Part shown: piece after piece, positions 10,901-22,900 of the stretch
Numbering within the stretch: the stretch's first letter is position 1
Layout: the number at the start of each line of letters is the position of its first letter
Origin: Phoronis australis
Lineage: Eukaryota; Animalia; Phoronida
Direction: 5' to 3'
Assembly: GCA_002633005.1 (NCBI GenBank)
Contig: NMRA01000017.1
Span: 74,463-138,462 of the forward strand
Length of the DNA: 64,000 bases
Notes under the pieces: generated by a model
Database searches by the model: none
The model's input: the letters and a program-made list of their open reading frames with translations, nothing else
Told to the model about the DNA's origin: nothing
Made by a program: the position numbers and the translations under genes

Positions 10901-13900
10901 CGAAATCAGTGATTTTCATATTTGTTGTTGCGAGAACTGGGCGAACACGTAGCATTTTCGAAATTATTTTCTGTCCACACGCGGATTGTTCAAAAGTGTG
11001 TGGAACCATTTATACCGGAAATGCTGCACTTGTTATCCATACTATTACAATGAGAATCTTGTAAATGTTTTTGATGTGTTTTGCCTCTGTTCGTCTTCTG
11101 TTGACACCATGTTTTCACCGTAAATTCTCTGTACTTGTATGGTTTCTCTCTCTCTCACCACTCTCATCTCTGCCGTGTCCTATTTTCTACAGCTTCTAAA
11201 TCTAAGGATAAAGATTCTTCAGGTGTGTACAAATTGCATGCTGCATGTACACTGTACAACTAACACCTCTCTCTTTAAAGCCACGTTCTCACTTTGTGTC
11301 TAGTTGACCCTGAAGTCATTTGGTAAAATCTCACTACACGGCTGACAAGTGAAATTTTATGTTTTTATTTTTTTAATAGATTAGTTGCACCAAGTAAATG
11401 CTATACCATTTTAAGCATCTATGCCCTCAGACTATGTTTCTGGGAAATTGTGGACATTTAAAACTATGGAAACTTTTGAAAAATGAAAAGACCAATTTTA
11501 GTTTTGCCCGAAATTGGTGACGTTTCACCACGCATGAACTGGTGGCATACTGCTGTAGAGTTTACAGTTTGGTGATTCATCAGCCTTAAGTTTTTTGGCC
11601 TCAGGCGGAATGGGAACTCAGTTTGTATAACGTGTAAGAGTTGTATGGTGCTGTCTTAAGTTATAGTTAAGTAGCATATTAATTACTGTTAAAATGTTTT
11701 AGCCAGTCTTACATGGAGGTCCAAAAAATCAACCAAACAAATTTCATTGTTACTTTGTTTAATGCAATGGTTACTGAGTTTGACGCATCCCAGTTCAATC
11801 AGCCTGTGTGAAAGCAGCTTTAATTGGTCTTTTAAAACATTACCACTGTTCCTACAGAGGTGTGTATTGCAGCAGTTTTTGTGCAAAGAACTTGGAACTG
11901 TTTTAAACTGTGTAAACACTGTATGCTTAAAGTTGCTCTAAACCTCGGTTGTTCCAGCATTTTAACTTTTGACTAGTCATATACTATACAAGTGGTCTCA
12001 TCGTTGTCTCGTACTCAAATGAGAAGAGATTTTTTGGGCTTGGATAAAATCAGCAGTTCGTTGTTGAGAGCATGTGTCAGACACGTGATGACACGCTGTG
12101 ACAAGCTTGTGTGCACAACCACTAACAAGCTGTCAGTATTTTCCAAGTCCAGGGTAGAGTTCAGTGATGCTAGGATCTCACTTGAAAAGTATGACTTCGC
12201 GAGATTACACAACATATTGCCGTGTTCTTTAAATGAGATTTTTCTAGCCACGAGACAGCTACAGAACTTTACCCAGAATTCACCTGTAATTTTAGTAAGG
12301 AACAATTTCAAAACAGTAAGTTGTCTTCAGTTGGTGGAAGGTAGGTTTATTGCAGCTTTGAATTGGTGAGAAAGGTTGAACTTATTGCCCTGCTCAGAAC
12401 TTATAACTGGGTGGCTGTGTAGGTCTGCACGAGCTGAGTTGAGATGAAGAAGATGGCCAGCACTGGCATATCCAGAAGTATTCAATAGTATTATAGTGTA
12501 ACCACGAAATTGTGGGCAGGGGTTGGCGAAATGAGTGGCAAACTGGGGCTCTTTTCAAAGAACAGGTGCTAATCTCAAAACTGAAATTTGAATTTGTACT
12601 TCAGGGATTTTGTTTGCAATAAAGAGGAGGAGGGGCATGACCCCATTGTGCCGCTTTTCATTGTGGTGGCGTTGGTCATGCCCAATAGAAACCCCTATTT
12701 TGTCATTTTTGTAGCCCATGCATGGAAAGGGTACTTTTGAGTCATAACTGATGGCCACGGAGGGTAGATAATACAGATCTTACATGGTCCATAATAATTG
12801 AGGATCACTCTGGTACTAATATAGACTTGGTCTCTCATAACTCGGGTTGCTCTGGAACCTAGATAATATATAGATCCTGTTTTCAAACTTGGTCCATCAT
12901 AACTGAGGACCAAGTGCTCTTGCTAGATAGACCCCTGTTTTCTGTTTTGCACAATTCTTACTGAGAACCACAGTTGTTAGATATGTGGACTCCTCTGTTC
13001 TGTCCTTATACAGACATAACTCTGCACTTGTAACTGAGGATCACTGGCTCCACCCACTTGTAACTGAGGATCACTGGCTCCACCCACTTGTAACTGAGGA
13101 TCACTGGCTCCACCCACTTGTAACTGAAGATCACTCTTGCTAAGTTGTTTTTACATGAGGAACAGTTGTCATGGCGCGAGTTGTCACAGCCCATTTACAT
13201 TTACACGCAACATTAGATGGCAAACTGGATCAGCAGGAGTCATTTACATGACAAATGTCTGTGCTTGCTTGCATAAACAGTAGTGAATGTTCAAAGCCTG
13301 TGGAATGCTAGCGAATCACTTGTATCTGTGGTATTACGCTGGCGTAATTGAAATGATCCTTTCCGCCTTGCCCCAGTTTGTGTTTAGACATGTAATTGAA
13401 ATTGGAGCAATTGATCGAGTGCAATTCACTCTATCTCTCAAATCGGTGTCAAAAATGGTCGCTGCGGTGTCAACTTGCTCCGTGTCTGGTGTTTACCCAC
13501 AAATCTCTGCGGATCAGCTGTTCCATGATAGTTGCTCCGTGACAACTTTCTCCGGTGTAAATGCAACTTTAGATGTATAGATCCCTGTGTTCTATCCTGA
13601 CAGTCATACCTCTGTACTACTGGCAACCCCTATTGTAACTGAGGTTTACTGTAGTTACTTGTCTAGATTCTCCTGTCTTATGTCAACTGCACCTTTCACT
13701 CTTAAGGCAAGTCCCGTAAAAAGAAAGACAAAGAAACAGACGGTGATACCGACAGCAATAGTGAGGGTAACTAGCGGGCATGACACTTTGTCACAGTCAA
13801 TATTATTTGATATTTGTTTTCTTATTATTTTAATATGTTTTCATTTCTTTATAGTTACACAGCGTTCTTCACGATTCGTTATTAGTTTAACTGTTGTTTG

Positions 13901-16900
13901 CTAAAAAGATAACGTCGCAAAAGAAAATGGATGATTGTATTTTGATTGCGCTTGTGATACTAAGTGTTACTACCGTACTTGTCCAAGGTAGCGCCCATAT
14001 CCAGCTTACCCGTCTCCCCCCCCAAATTTTCTTATTTTCACTTCAAAAAAAACCATTTATGTGACTGAGACTTCCTTCAGTGTCTTTGTGAACGGCAGCC
14101 TCATCAGAATTTTGGTACGGAACGTGCTTAGCTATGAGTAATGATGGATCATTTTCTGTGGAATCTTGCATTATTTGGTCAGGAATATAACCATGCTGTC
14201 CTCATCTTTACAGAAGGAGACATGTTTAGGCTCATGCTAACTGTAATTATCTTTAACGAAAAAACAGTTGTGTAAGCAGCTCATTGTATGTGTAATGTTC
14301 GTAAAGGAACGTACATTGCAGTATGTTGCACTAATGAATTTCTGTGGGCAATTATTCTCTTTCTTTGGGTAAGTCCCCCCTCGACTTCTCGGAAATTTTG
14401 TATGTTAATTATCTATGTTTTTGTTAATGCCTACCCCCTGGTTTTTGAGTTCCTCAATTTAGCCACCTTGGACGACCACTGTATACACCAAACTATCCGG
14501 TGCAAGTTTTGCACGTGTTCCACCGTGGACGAGCACGGTAGTCACCAAATTGTCTGGTGCAAGTTGTGCCCTTGTGTTCCACCTTGGACGAGCACGGTAT
14601 ACACCAAATTATCTGGTGCAAGTTGTGCACAATGTGTTCCATTCATGTGCTGTTTCGTATTCTTTCTGTGAAGAAATCTGTGCCTGTGCTCTGATAGCTC
14701 TCAGTGCACTGGAAGCCTGTTGTTATTACAATCCCGTGTGGAGTATTCAGTCCCAGTGTTCTATCATTTTCTGCCTTTCAAAATTGTCAACAGTTTCAAG
14801 CCAGTAGGAGAAGTATACAAATACAACATTATGAACTTGCACTTAAAGACAACATATCGTGCCCTAAAGTTACTATCTTTTACATTACCTTTGTATCACC
14901 AATGGAGTGTGGCAACTGAGCACGGACTCCCCAACTCAGTAATGAGTGTGTTGCATCTGAACTGGAGAAAGTGTTGATAATAGTTACCAAGGAACGAATG
15001 AACAAACATGAACAAACACTCTTGTTCAATGTCAGTGCCACCATTTATTATTTCTAATCTACGTCGTATATTGTGTATTAAATTACTTGTTGCCTTGTGG
15101 CTTGATGTTCATGTGATTGACAGCATGTTGTAAGTAAGTAGTTGTATTTTGACAGATGTCAGCCAGTCATGTGTAGTAATGTTCTCCACAAGACACTGTC
15201 TTTGACAACACTTCTGGGAGGTTTGTGTACAATGTTACATGAACCGGTACTTTAAACTGGCCCAAAAGTGAACAAATATCCTTATATATTTGACAAAGGG
15301 GTGCGATAAATCTCCCATTTATTGAAACTTGTTGCATTGGTTTTTAAACTAGCCACGTTGAAAGACATCCGTATGGATGACAAGTCAAAACAGTTTGTGG
15401 AAAACACTGTATGTTGTTGCCAGTTTTCTTAAAAGTGCTAATTAGAATCTTGAAATGTTTGATTTTGAACAGTCATGGATAATTCATATTGTTTACCGTA
15501 ATCGTTCGGGTTAACGCCCTGGGCGGTTAAATTGGCGAACCCAAAAAATCGGGGGAGGGCGGTTAACCGAGCAGTGGGGGGTTAAATCGAAAATCCACTT
15601 AAAGTAGGGGATGGGTGGTTAAGTGAACATGGGCGTTAACCCGAACAATTACGGTAGTTTCTCTACGGTTCATTGAAAACAGTGTAGTCCATCTGAATGT
15701 TAGACTCTTGGTCAACTGATGGAAATATGAACTTGTGTCAGTTACAAAAGACTGATTGTTCTTGACGTGTGTGAGTTGTAGTATAAACTCAGAAATTTTT
15801 TGCATTTCACAGATGAAATTGTTTCTTAAACATTTTTGTCCCATTTATGATGTTGAAAAAGTTGTCTGAAGTCATAAAAATGCTTTCATGTCAAATGCGT
15901 TCTTGTAAACAAAATAATATGAAAGTTCATGTTTTCTGGAAAGTTAAACGAGTTCCAATTTTAAAATTTTTTTTCTCCCAACATGTCGACTATCCTCATT
16001 AAATAGGGTCGCAAGCTTCATTGTGTTAGAGTAAAAAATCTTCAATTTTGGACAAAAATAGTTGCAAATGCTCAAAATTTTACCAAATGTTGCTCGGTAA
16101 TAGCTACCCCATACAAACCATTCAAACAGCAAAGTAATTTTTCCTGAAATATCATTTTGTTAAGAAATTTGACGAAGTGTAATTTCATCTGTCTGCCATA
16201 TTGTGTCCTAAGTTGAAGAGTTTTTATCATGCCGTTTTGTGTTGTTTTGTTTTGTTAGTTATTGTCAGGTAGTTATAATGACTACCATGGTATTATATTC
16301 TGTGCTAACCAGCTTTGTCTTTCTCTCTGTAATCATTCTGCGGTGATTCTGACGTCTCCGCCATCTCTAGTCACAGCTACCACTGCCATCTGTTGTCGTA
16401 CACTGTAGTGATCTGAGCTATAGGACTGATGTCTTGTGACACAGTTCCAGTCAGTGTACAAACTCTGCTCAACTGATGCCACGCCCGATTCCAGTATCAG
16501 AAAGTGGCTTGTGTCAATGCTATCTTGAACTGTTCATTGCAGCAGTCTCAGTCATCAATTGCAATGATGTGCCAATAAACTGTTTGTAATCTTGTCAACT
16601 GCTCTAGATGTATTTGCTAATATTGCAAACTGTTTATTAAGTGATCATGTTTACACAAACATTCTACAAATGGGACTGGGTGTTACATCCAATGTGTCTC
16701 CATGGAAACCCGTTTATTATCAAATTGCAATGTTAGGTCTAGATTTCCAATCACTAGGCACCAGTTGAGCCAGCTTCCAAAATGTTTAGGGTCCACAATT
16801 TTTAGGAGTACATGAACCAGTCCAGAAATGATAACATTAGTGCAAAACACTGGATGTTGAAAAAGTGAGACGAACCTGGTGTTATCGTTTTACCAACAGA

Positions 16901-19900
16901 GAATACAGGAAGGTAACTAACTAATGAAACTTAGAGTATTTCTTCAGTTTTATTTCTTACAAAAGTGATTTATCCATAAACTGGATATGCGCCATCTCCA
17001 GCTTTGTGCCTAATGATGCAAAAACATAGCCTCGGCCGAGCACTACTGACCATTGCTTGGCGGTGATGCCAGCATGAAATAAGATGCGTCTCATAACGTC
17101 TGCACTATCTCTACAGATGTCAAGTCCATGTGTCTCCCATGATCTTGTTTCTCTGCCCATTATAGGTATGGCCATGCCTAGAAGTGGTATGTCCCCAGCC
17201 ATGCAGTCGGACAGAAAGAGACCACACTACGACCCACGCGCACAACAGATGAATCGACCCCCGTATGTACTTGGCTTAAAATTGACCAACCGTGTCCAGG
17301 CATGCCAATGAGTCAGCATTTTTAGTATTTAATTTTAAGTTTGTGATACGTTGCTCTTCAAGCAATGATTGGTCTGTATGTTTCATTAATATTGACCAAA
17401 TATTGAATTATGCCCACATTTTTTACTCGAGTTCTACTATGATTGTTCATGGTTGGTTATTACACCTGGCAGTTCTGTACAAGCTGATACACAACGAAAC
17501 TTAATTACTGTATGGATAGACATTAATTTTGTTTGGAACTGTGGATGTTTGTGTGTTTTTCAGGAAAAAGAAGAAAAAGCTGGCTGACCGTATACTGTCA
17601 CAGCGAGTACGCGATCTGGTGCCTGAATCTCAGGCCTATATGGATCTGTTGGCGTTTGAGCGCAAGTTGGACTCGACCATCATGAGAAAGAGGCTTGATA
17701 TACAGGAAGCTTTGAAACGGCCTCAGAAGGTGCAGTATTCTTTGCGAGTACATGATGCGATTCCTTGTCATATCTTCCTTCCTGTCGGGTTACGGCCAGT
17801 CAGCCTTGCAACTAGAACACCAAGACTTCACTGTTCAAAATCTTACTACTTACAGTAAATGTGCACTTTCAAGACTCATGTTTCTGCTTTCAGCTTAAGT
17901 AGTACAGTTGCAGTATGTAACATTACCCAACCCTGTGGATGGTTGGCCCATGTTGTTGCTGACCTGTGATAACAGCTTTTGGTGTGAGGACATACTGAAG
18001 ACTGGTTCAACTTAATCACTTAGTTAGTCTCTCTACAGAATGTACACAAGTCTACGCAAACAAAATAGCCGACCTAATGCCTGTTCTAATGCTCCAGCCA
18101 GTGCTGTGAAGCCTTGACTTATGATGAGCTCTTGAGTCCTTTTTAGCAACTGTCACACTTGTAGACTGATTCAATAACTTGCTGTCTCTAGCTGGCTCAT
18201 TTTTGTCTCAGAAACAACTCTGTAACTGCTCACGCTGTGATTAACTTGTGCCGGAGTATCACAGTGTCATATAATGTTCTAGAACTTTTCACCAACTCAA
18301 GCACATTCTAGAACTTTTTGGAATGTGCCTTATCATTATACTTGTATATGTTTTGGTCAAAAAGGTTCTAGACCATGGTTCTATGTCAGTCAGTAATATG
18401 TTGGCACCTAGTAGAATGTTCTCAAGTATTCTAAAATATAAACAATTACATAATCACTGGTCTGACATAACTCGGTCATGTCAGTCAAGTACACAAATAA
18501 AACAGCCATACAAAACTGAAAGAACTAAAACCAGTGCTAGCCTCCCGATGCAGTAGTTGACCAGGATTTGGGTTATGTATTTTGCCTTTTCCCATCTTGG
18601 TTTTTATGTTTGGATATTGAGCAATGAAATTTATGTTTACTATTAATTATTTATAGCAAAAAAGAAAGCTGCGTATTTTTATCTCCAACACATTCTACCC
18701 TGCTAAGCCAGACAATGAAGGCGAGGAAGCTGAGAACATTGCATCATGGGAACTGAGGGTTGAAGGTCGGCTCCTGGAGGATGTAAGTTCATAGCATGAA
18801 CAGTTTGTACAATAATAAATTCAATGAGAGAATTGCACAAACTCCTGGAGATCACATTTAAAGTGCTTAAAACCACCATTTACCTTATTTTAACAAGTAA
18901 ATCTTCCTTTGTAGCGCTGCATATCACAACCATGAATTCAATATCCCAATAATGAGAAAATAGATCAGAAGTGGCTGCAGTTCCTTAGATCCATGGATAT
19001 GACCGTCATTTTTCAAAGACTGATTACTTTGCTACAAACAGTTGAAACTTGACCAAATGTTTTACGATATCTGCACAGTACAAACTATCCTGGTAATAGA
19101 GTAAAAAAAATTTTTAATCTTTATTTTTGTGAAGAAATTTGACAAAGTAGATTTTCACTTGTCCGCCATATTGTGCGCTAAATATGTGGAAAATTACGGT
19201 AATTAATTATTGACTGTGCATCTGTTGCAGAACTTTGCCTCTAAACCTCCAGAACAAGGAAAGAGCAAAAGGAAGTTTTCAACATTCTTCAAGAGTTTGG
19301 TGATAGAGCTGGACAAGGAACTGTATGGTCCTGATAACCACTTGGTGGAGGTGAGTCAATGTTTTATGTCTGTGTGGCGGTGAGTGTTAATGTTAACCTG
19401 AAAGTCTGGGTTGGGTTGTATAAACCTTCAAAAGTTATCAGCTGGATAAGTTTGATTGTTGCATGACGTCAGGTGTTTTGTTCAACAACAACAACGCGGC
19501 ACGTGATATTGTGATCTCATTGTTACTACATGTGCTACTTTTATGCAACTGAGCCCAGGTGTTTATTGAGATGTAGCACAAATTAGTTTTCAGTATAAAG
19601 TAGTCTGACGTTGACAGAACTCTGCCGAACTTGTATGAATTTCTTGCCAGAATTATTAATCGGGCTTAGTCGACTTTTTGTCACAATAAAATAGCGTTTG
19701 TGTCAAACTTTTGTCGGATTGTGAAAATGTGTTATGCTATCTTTGGAGTCATATAATGCTTGGTGTCACTCTGTTTCAGTGGCACCGTACCCCAACCACA
19801 CAGGAGACAGATGGGTTTCAGGTGAAGCGACCAGGTGAACATAACGTCAAGTGTACAGTACTACTCATGCTTGACTATCAACCCATGCAGTTCAAGTTGG

Positions 19901-22900
19901 ATGCACGCCTCGCTCGTCTCCTGGGTATACACACACAGACTCGCCCCGTCATCATCAATGCACTCTGGCAGTACGTGAAAACACACAAGCTTCAGGATCG
20001 TCATGAGCGCGAGTTCATCAACTGCGATAAGTATCTGCAACAGGTAGGTGGAGGGGGATATGTGTGATAAGTACCTGCAACAGGTGGGTGGAGGGGGTAT
20101 GTGTGTTGGGGGTTAGGGTTGGGTCAGGTAGTTTTATCTTGATTGGCAAGGCTACCTCACAAAATCCAACATGCTTGAATGGTCCTTACTAGCAAGATTA
20201 ATTGATATACTACCCTGTTCAAAGTAGCAAATATTATTTAACCTTTGGCTCTTCAGTGGCTTATTCAAAGATTCACACTTATCTCATTACTTGAGTTCAG
20301 CTTCACGCTACAGCAGTTTTCATTCAAAAACTAGGTCAATGGAATTCTTGTCGAAAATTGATGAAATTCTAATGCATAAATTTTCTGCTTAATTGTTTAA
20401 AACTTCATTTTTTGCCTGTTTACTTCTTGGTTTTTGCCATGTTTGATGAAGTTAGAAGAAATGTGACGAAATTTGTTGAAGCATCTTTTTTGAAATCTAC
20501 TGTACCATCTGTTTACCGATCATTGCTTCTAAATGTATTTTTAATTTTACTATGCAGTACTACTAAATACATGGCTAGTTTTACTAGGTAGTAGTACTAT
20601 GATATTTTCACTGAATATTGGTACCAAATGTAGTGCTAGTTCTACTGGATAGTACTACTACTAATCTGTTGCTAGTTCTATTGGGTAGTACTACTACTAA
20701 TCTGTTGCTAGTTCTACTGGGTAGTACTGCTACTAATCTGTTACTAGTGATACTGGGTAGTACTACTACTAATCTGTTACTAGTGATACTAGGTAGTACT
20801 AATACTAATCTGTTACTAGTGATACTGGGTAGTACTACTACTAATCTGTTGCTAGTTTTACTGGGTAGGGCTACTACTAATCTGTTGCTAGTTTTACTTG
20901 GTAGTACTACTAATGGTTTTTTCTTCTCCCTTGCTTGCAGATCTTTGAGTGTAGCCGTATCAAGTTTGCCGAGATTCCTCAGCGCCTACATAACTTGCTA
21001 CATCCTCCAGACCCTATCATCATCAACCACGTGATTCAGTAAGTACTTCCCCGACCCTATCATCATCAACCATGTGATTTAGTAAGTACTTCCCCGACCC
21101 TATCATCATTAACCACGTGATTCAGTAAGTACTTCCCCGACCTATCATCATCAACCACGTGATTCAGTAAGTACTTCCCCAACCCTATCATCATCAACCA
21201 CGTGATTCAGTAAGTACTTCCTCGACCCTATCATCATCAACCATTTGATTCAGTAAGTACTTCCCCGATCCTATCATTATCAACCATTTGATTTAGTACT
21301 ACCCTCTACTGTGTCACTTGTGAGTGTGTACACATTACAGTGCCATCTGTGACTGTCAACAGATGGCACTGTGATCAACTCTAGCCACACACAATGTGTA
21401 CATGCTCCATGTTCTAAGTCTTAATTTTAGGGTGATTTCTCGAGTCTTATGCTTTTGATATTTTTGTTGGTCACAGAAATAGGATCCTGCCACAGTAAGG
21501 AATATTACGAGTCCGATTTTTTTTAGTGTAAAAGGTCCAATTCAGTTTTTGTTTTTTAACCTATTAAGCAGTGCAAAATGCCTGCTTTAGGTAATGAGGT
21601 GGGCAATAATTTATGTTTTCTCCAATGTATCTAGACTTGTTTTCATTTTGCTCATTTGTGACACATGTCTTTGGAATGAAAGTTTAATCTAATTTCTCCT
21701 CCTATGGTGGAGATGAAACTGTGACTTTGTTTGTGATCTCTTTCAGTTTAGGTATCCAGTAAATCATGTGCTTTTGATATCAGCCTCAGACAGCATTGTA
21801 ACCAAACTATGATGGACTATGCCACAATGATGGAGTGTTTTGGTAGCGATTTTGAGGTTTAATAGATATAGACTTTGCCGCAATGACAGAGTGTTTTGAT
21901 AGCAATATTGAGGTTTAATATAGATAAAGATAAATCAACAGATGACTATGGACTTTGTATTGAAGGGTTGAAGGGCCTGATGCTGCCAAGAAGACAGCGT
22001 GTTATGATATTGATGTGGAGGTGGATGATACATTGAAACAACAGATGAATCAGTTCTTGTTGTCTACACAGAGTCAACAGGAAATCACAGCTCTCGATGC
22101 CAAGGTAGACTGTCTTTGAACTGAAATGCACAACCAGCGGGATTGTATCAGAGAGTGAATATATTTTTTTTAACTTAAAGATGTATTTGCAAGCTCCTAA
22201 CAATAGGAGGGACTAAACAAAAATGTTGTTTTAACATAATCTACGCTAAACAAAGTGCAGTTGTATTCATTGACAACTTGAGAAAACAAAAAAATTCTGT
22301 AAATACCATAGCCACTTGGTATTTTATTAAAGGTCACCAACAGCAACAATCCAAGAATCATTTTACTTTTTCAGGATTTGCAATTCAGGCAACCTAAGAA
22401 TGTTATTCAGTTTTTTGTTTGTTATATAATTATTTCTAAAGATAATCGCCACCATACATTACATGTCAAAACTACTATGAATGGGAAAAGTTTCTACCAA
22501 ATTACAAAAAAATAACTTTGTCTCTGTTATCATTTTATTACTTGCTTAAACTTTGCTTTAAGTGTTCATCGTTTTGTTGCAAGCACACTTGCTGGTGGCA
22601 AGAAAAGTTGTCGCTGACTCAACTACATTCGTTGAAGTTTGTATGGCTGATTTTTGCAGTGGTTTCTCTCCAGCTTTTTAGTGCTATTTGGATAATTTGT
22701 ATAAGCATTATTTTTAGCCTCCATGTTTTATCGTTCACCGAATGAATCATTTTATTGTGTAAATTGATATATGTCCCACACTGTGACTATACTTCTTCAC
22801 CCAGTAGGGGGTCAGAAGGTCTGTGGTTTGACTCCAGTATTGCACTAACGTGTCTCTTACTCCTCTTGGCTCGACATTAGTTGTGACGTGTAATGAAGTA

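Noticed and set aside
11689-12480. Overlapping 76-125 aa ORFs on both strands in SMARCD intron 2 as a nested gene
   Set aside because: Interrupted by stops, no recognisable domain, no convincing splice structure.
9175-16912. Other microexon candidates in SMARCD intron 2 (9175, 9538, 14214, 14322, 15124, 16371, 16900)
   Set aside because: Each has a weak donor or acceptor, a length not divisible by 3, or an in-frame stop, and lacks the shared Lys/Ser composition. Poison-exon use cannot be excluded.
17117-17165. Upstream alternative acceptor for SMARCD exon 3 (ctacAG at 17116)
   Set aside because: Adds 49 nt, shifts frame and meets a TGA; no supporting signal.
20618-21034. ORFs from minisatellites (also 32455-32845, 42188-42509, 45673-45959, 50112-51269)
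   Set aside because: Periodic translations of repeats or N runs; only the short exon-overlapping parts are coding.
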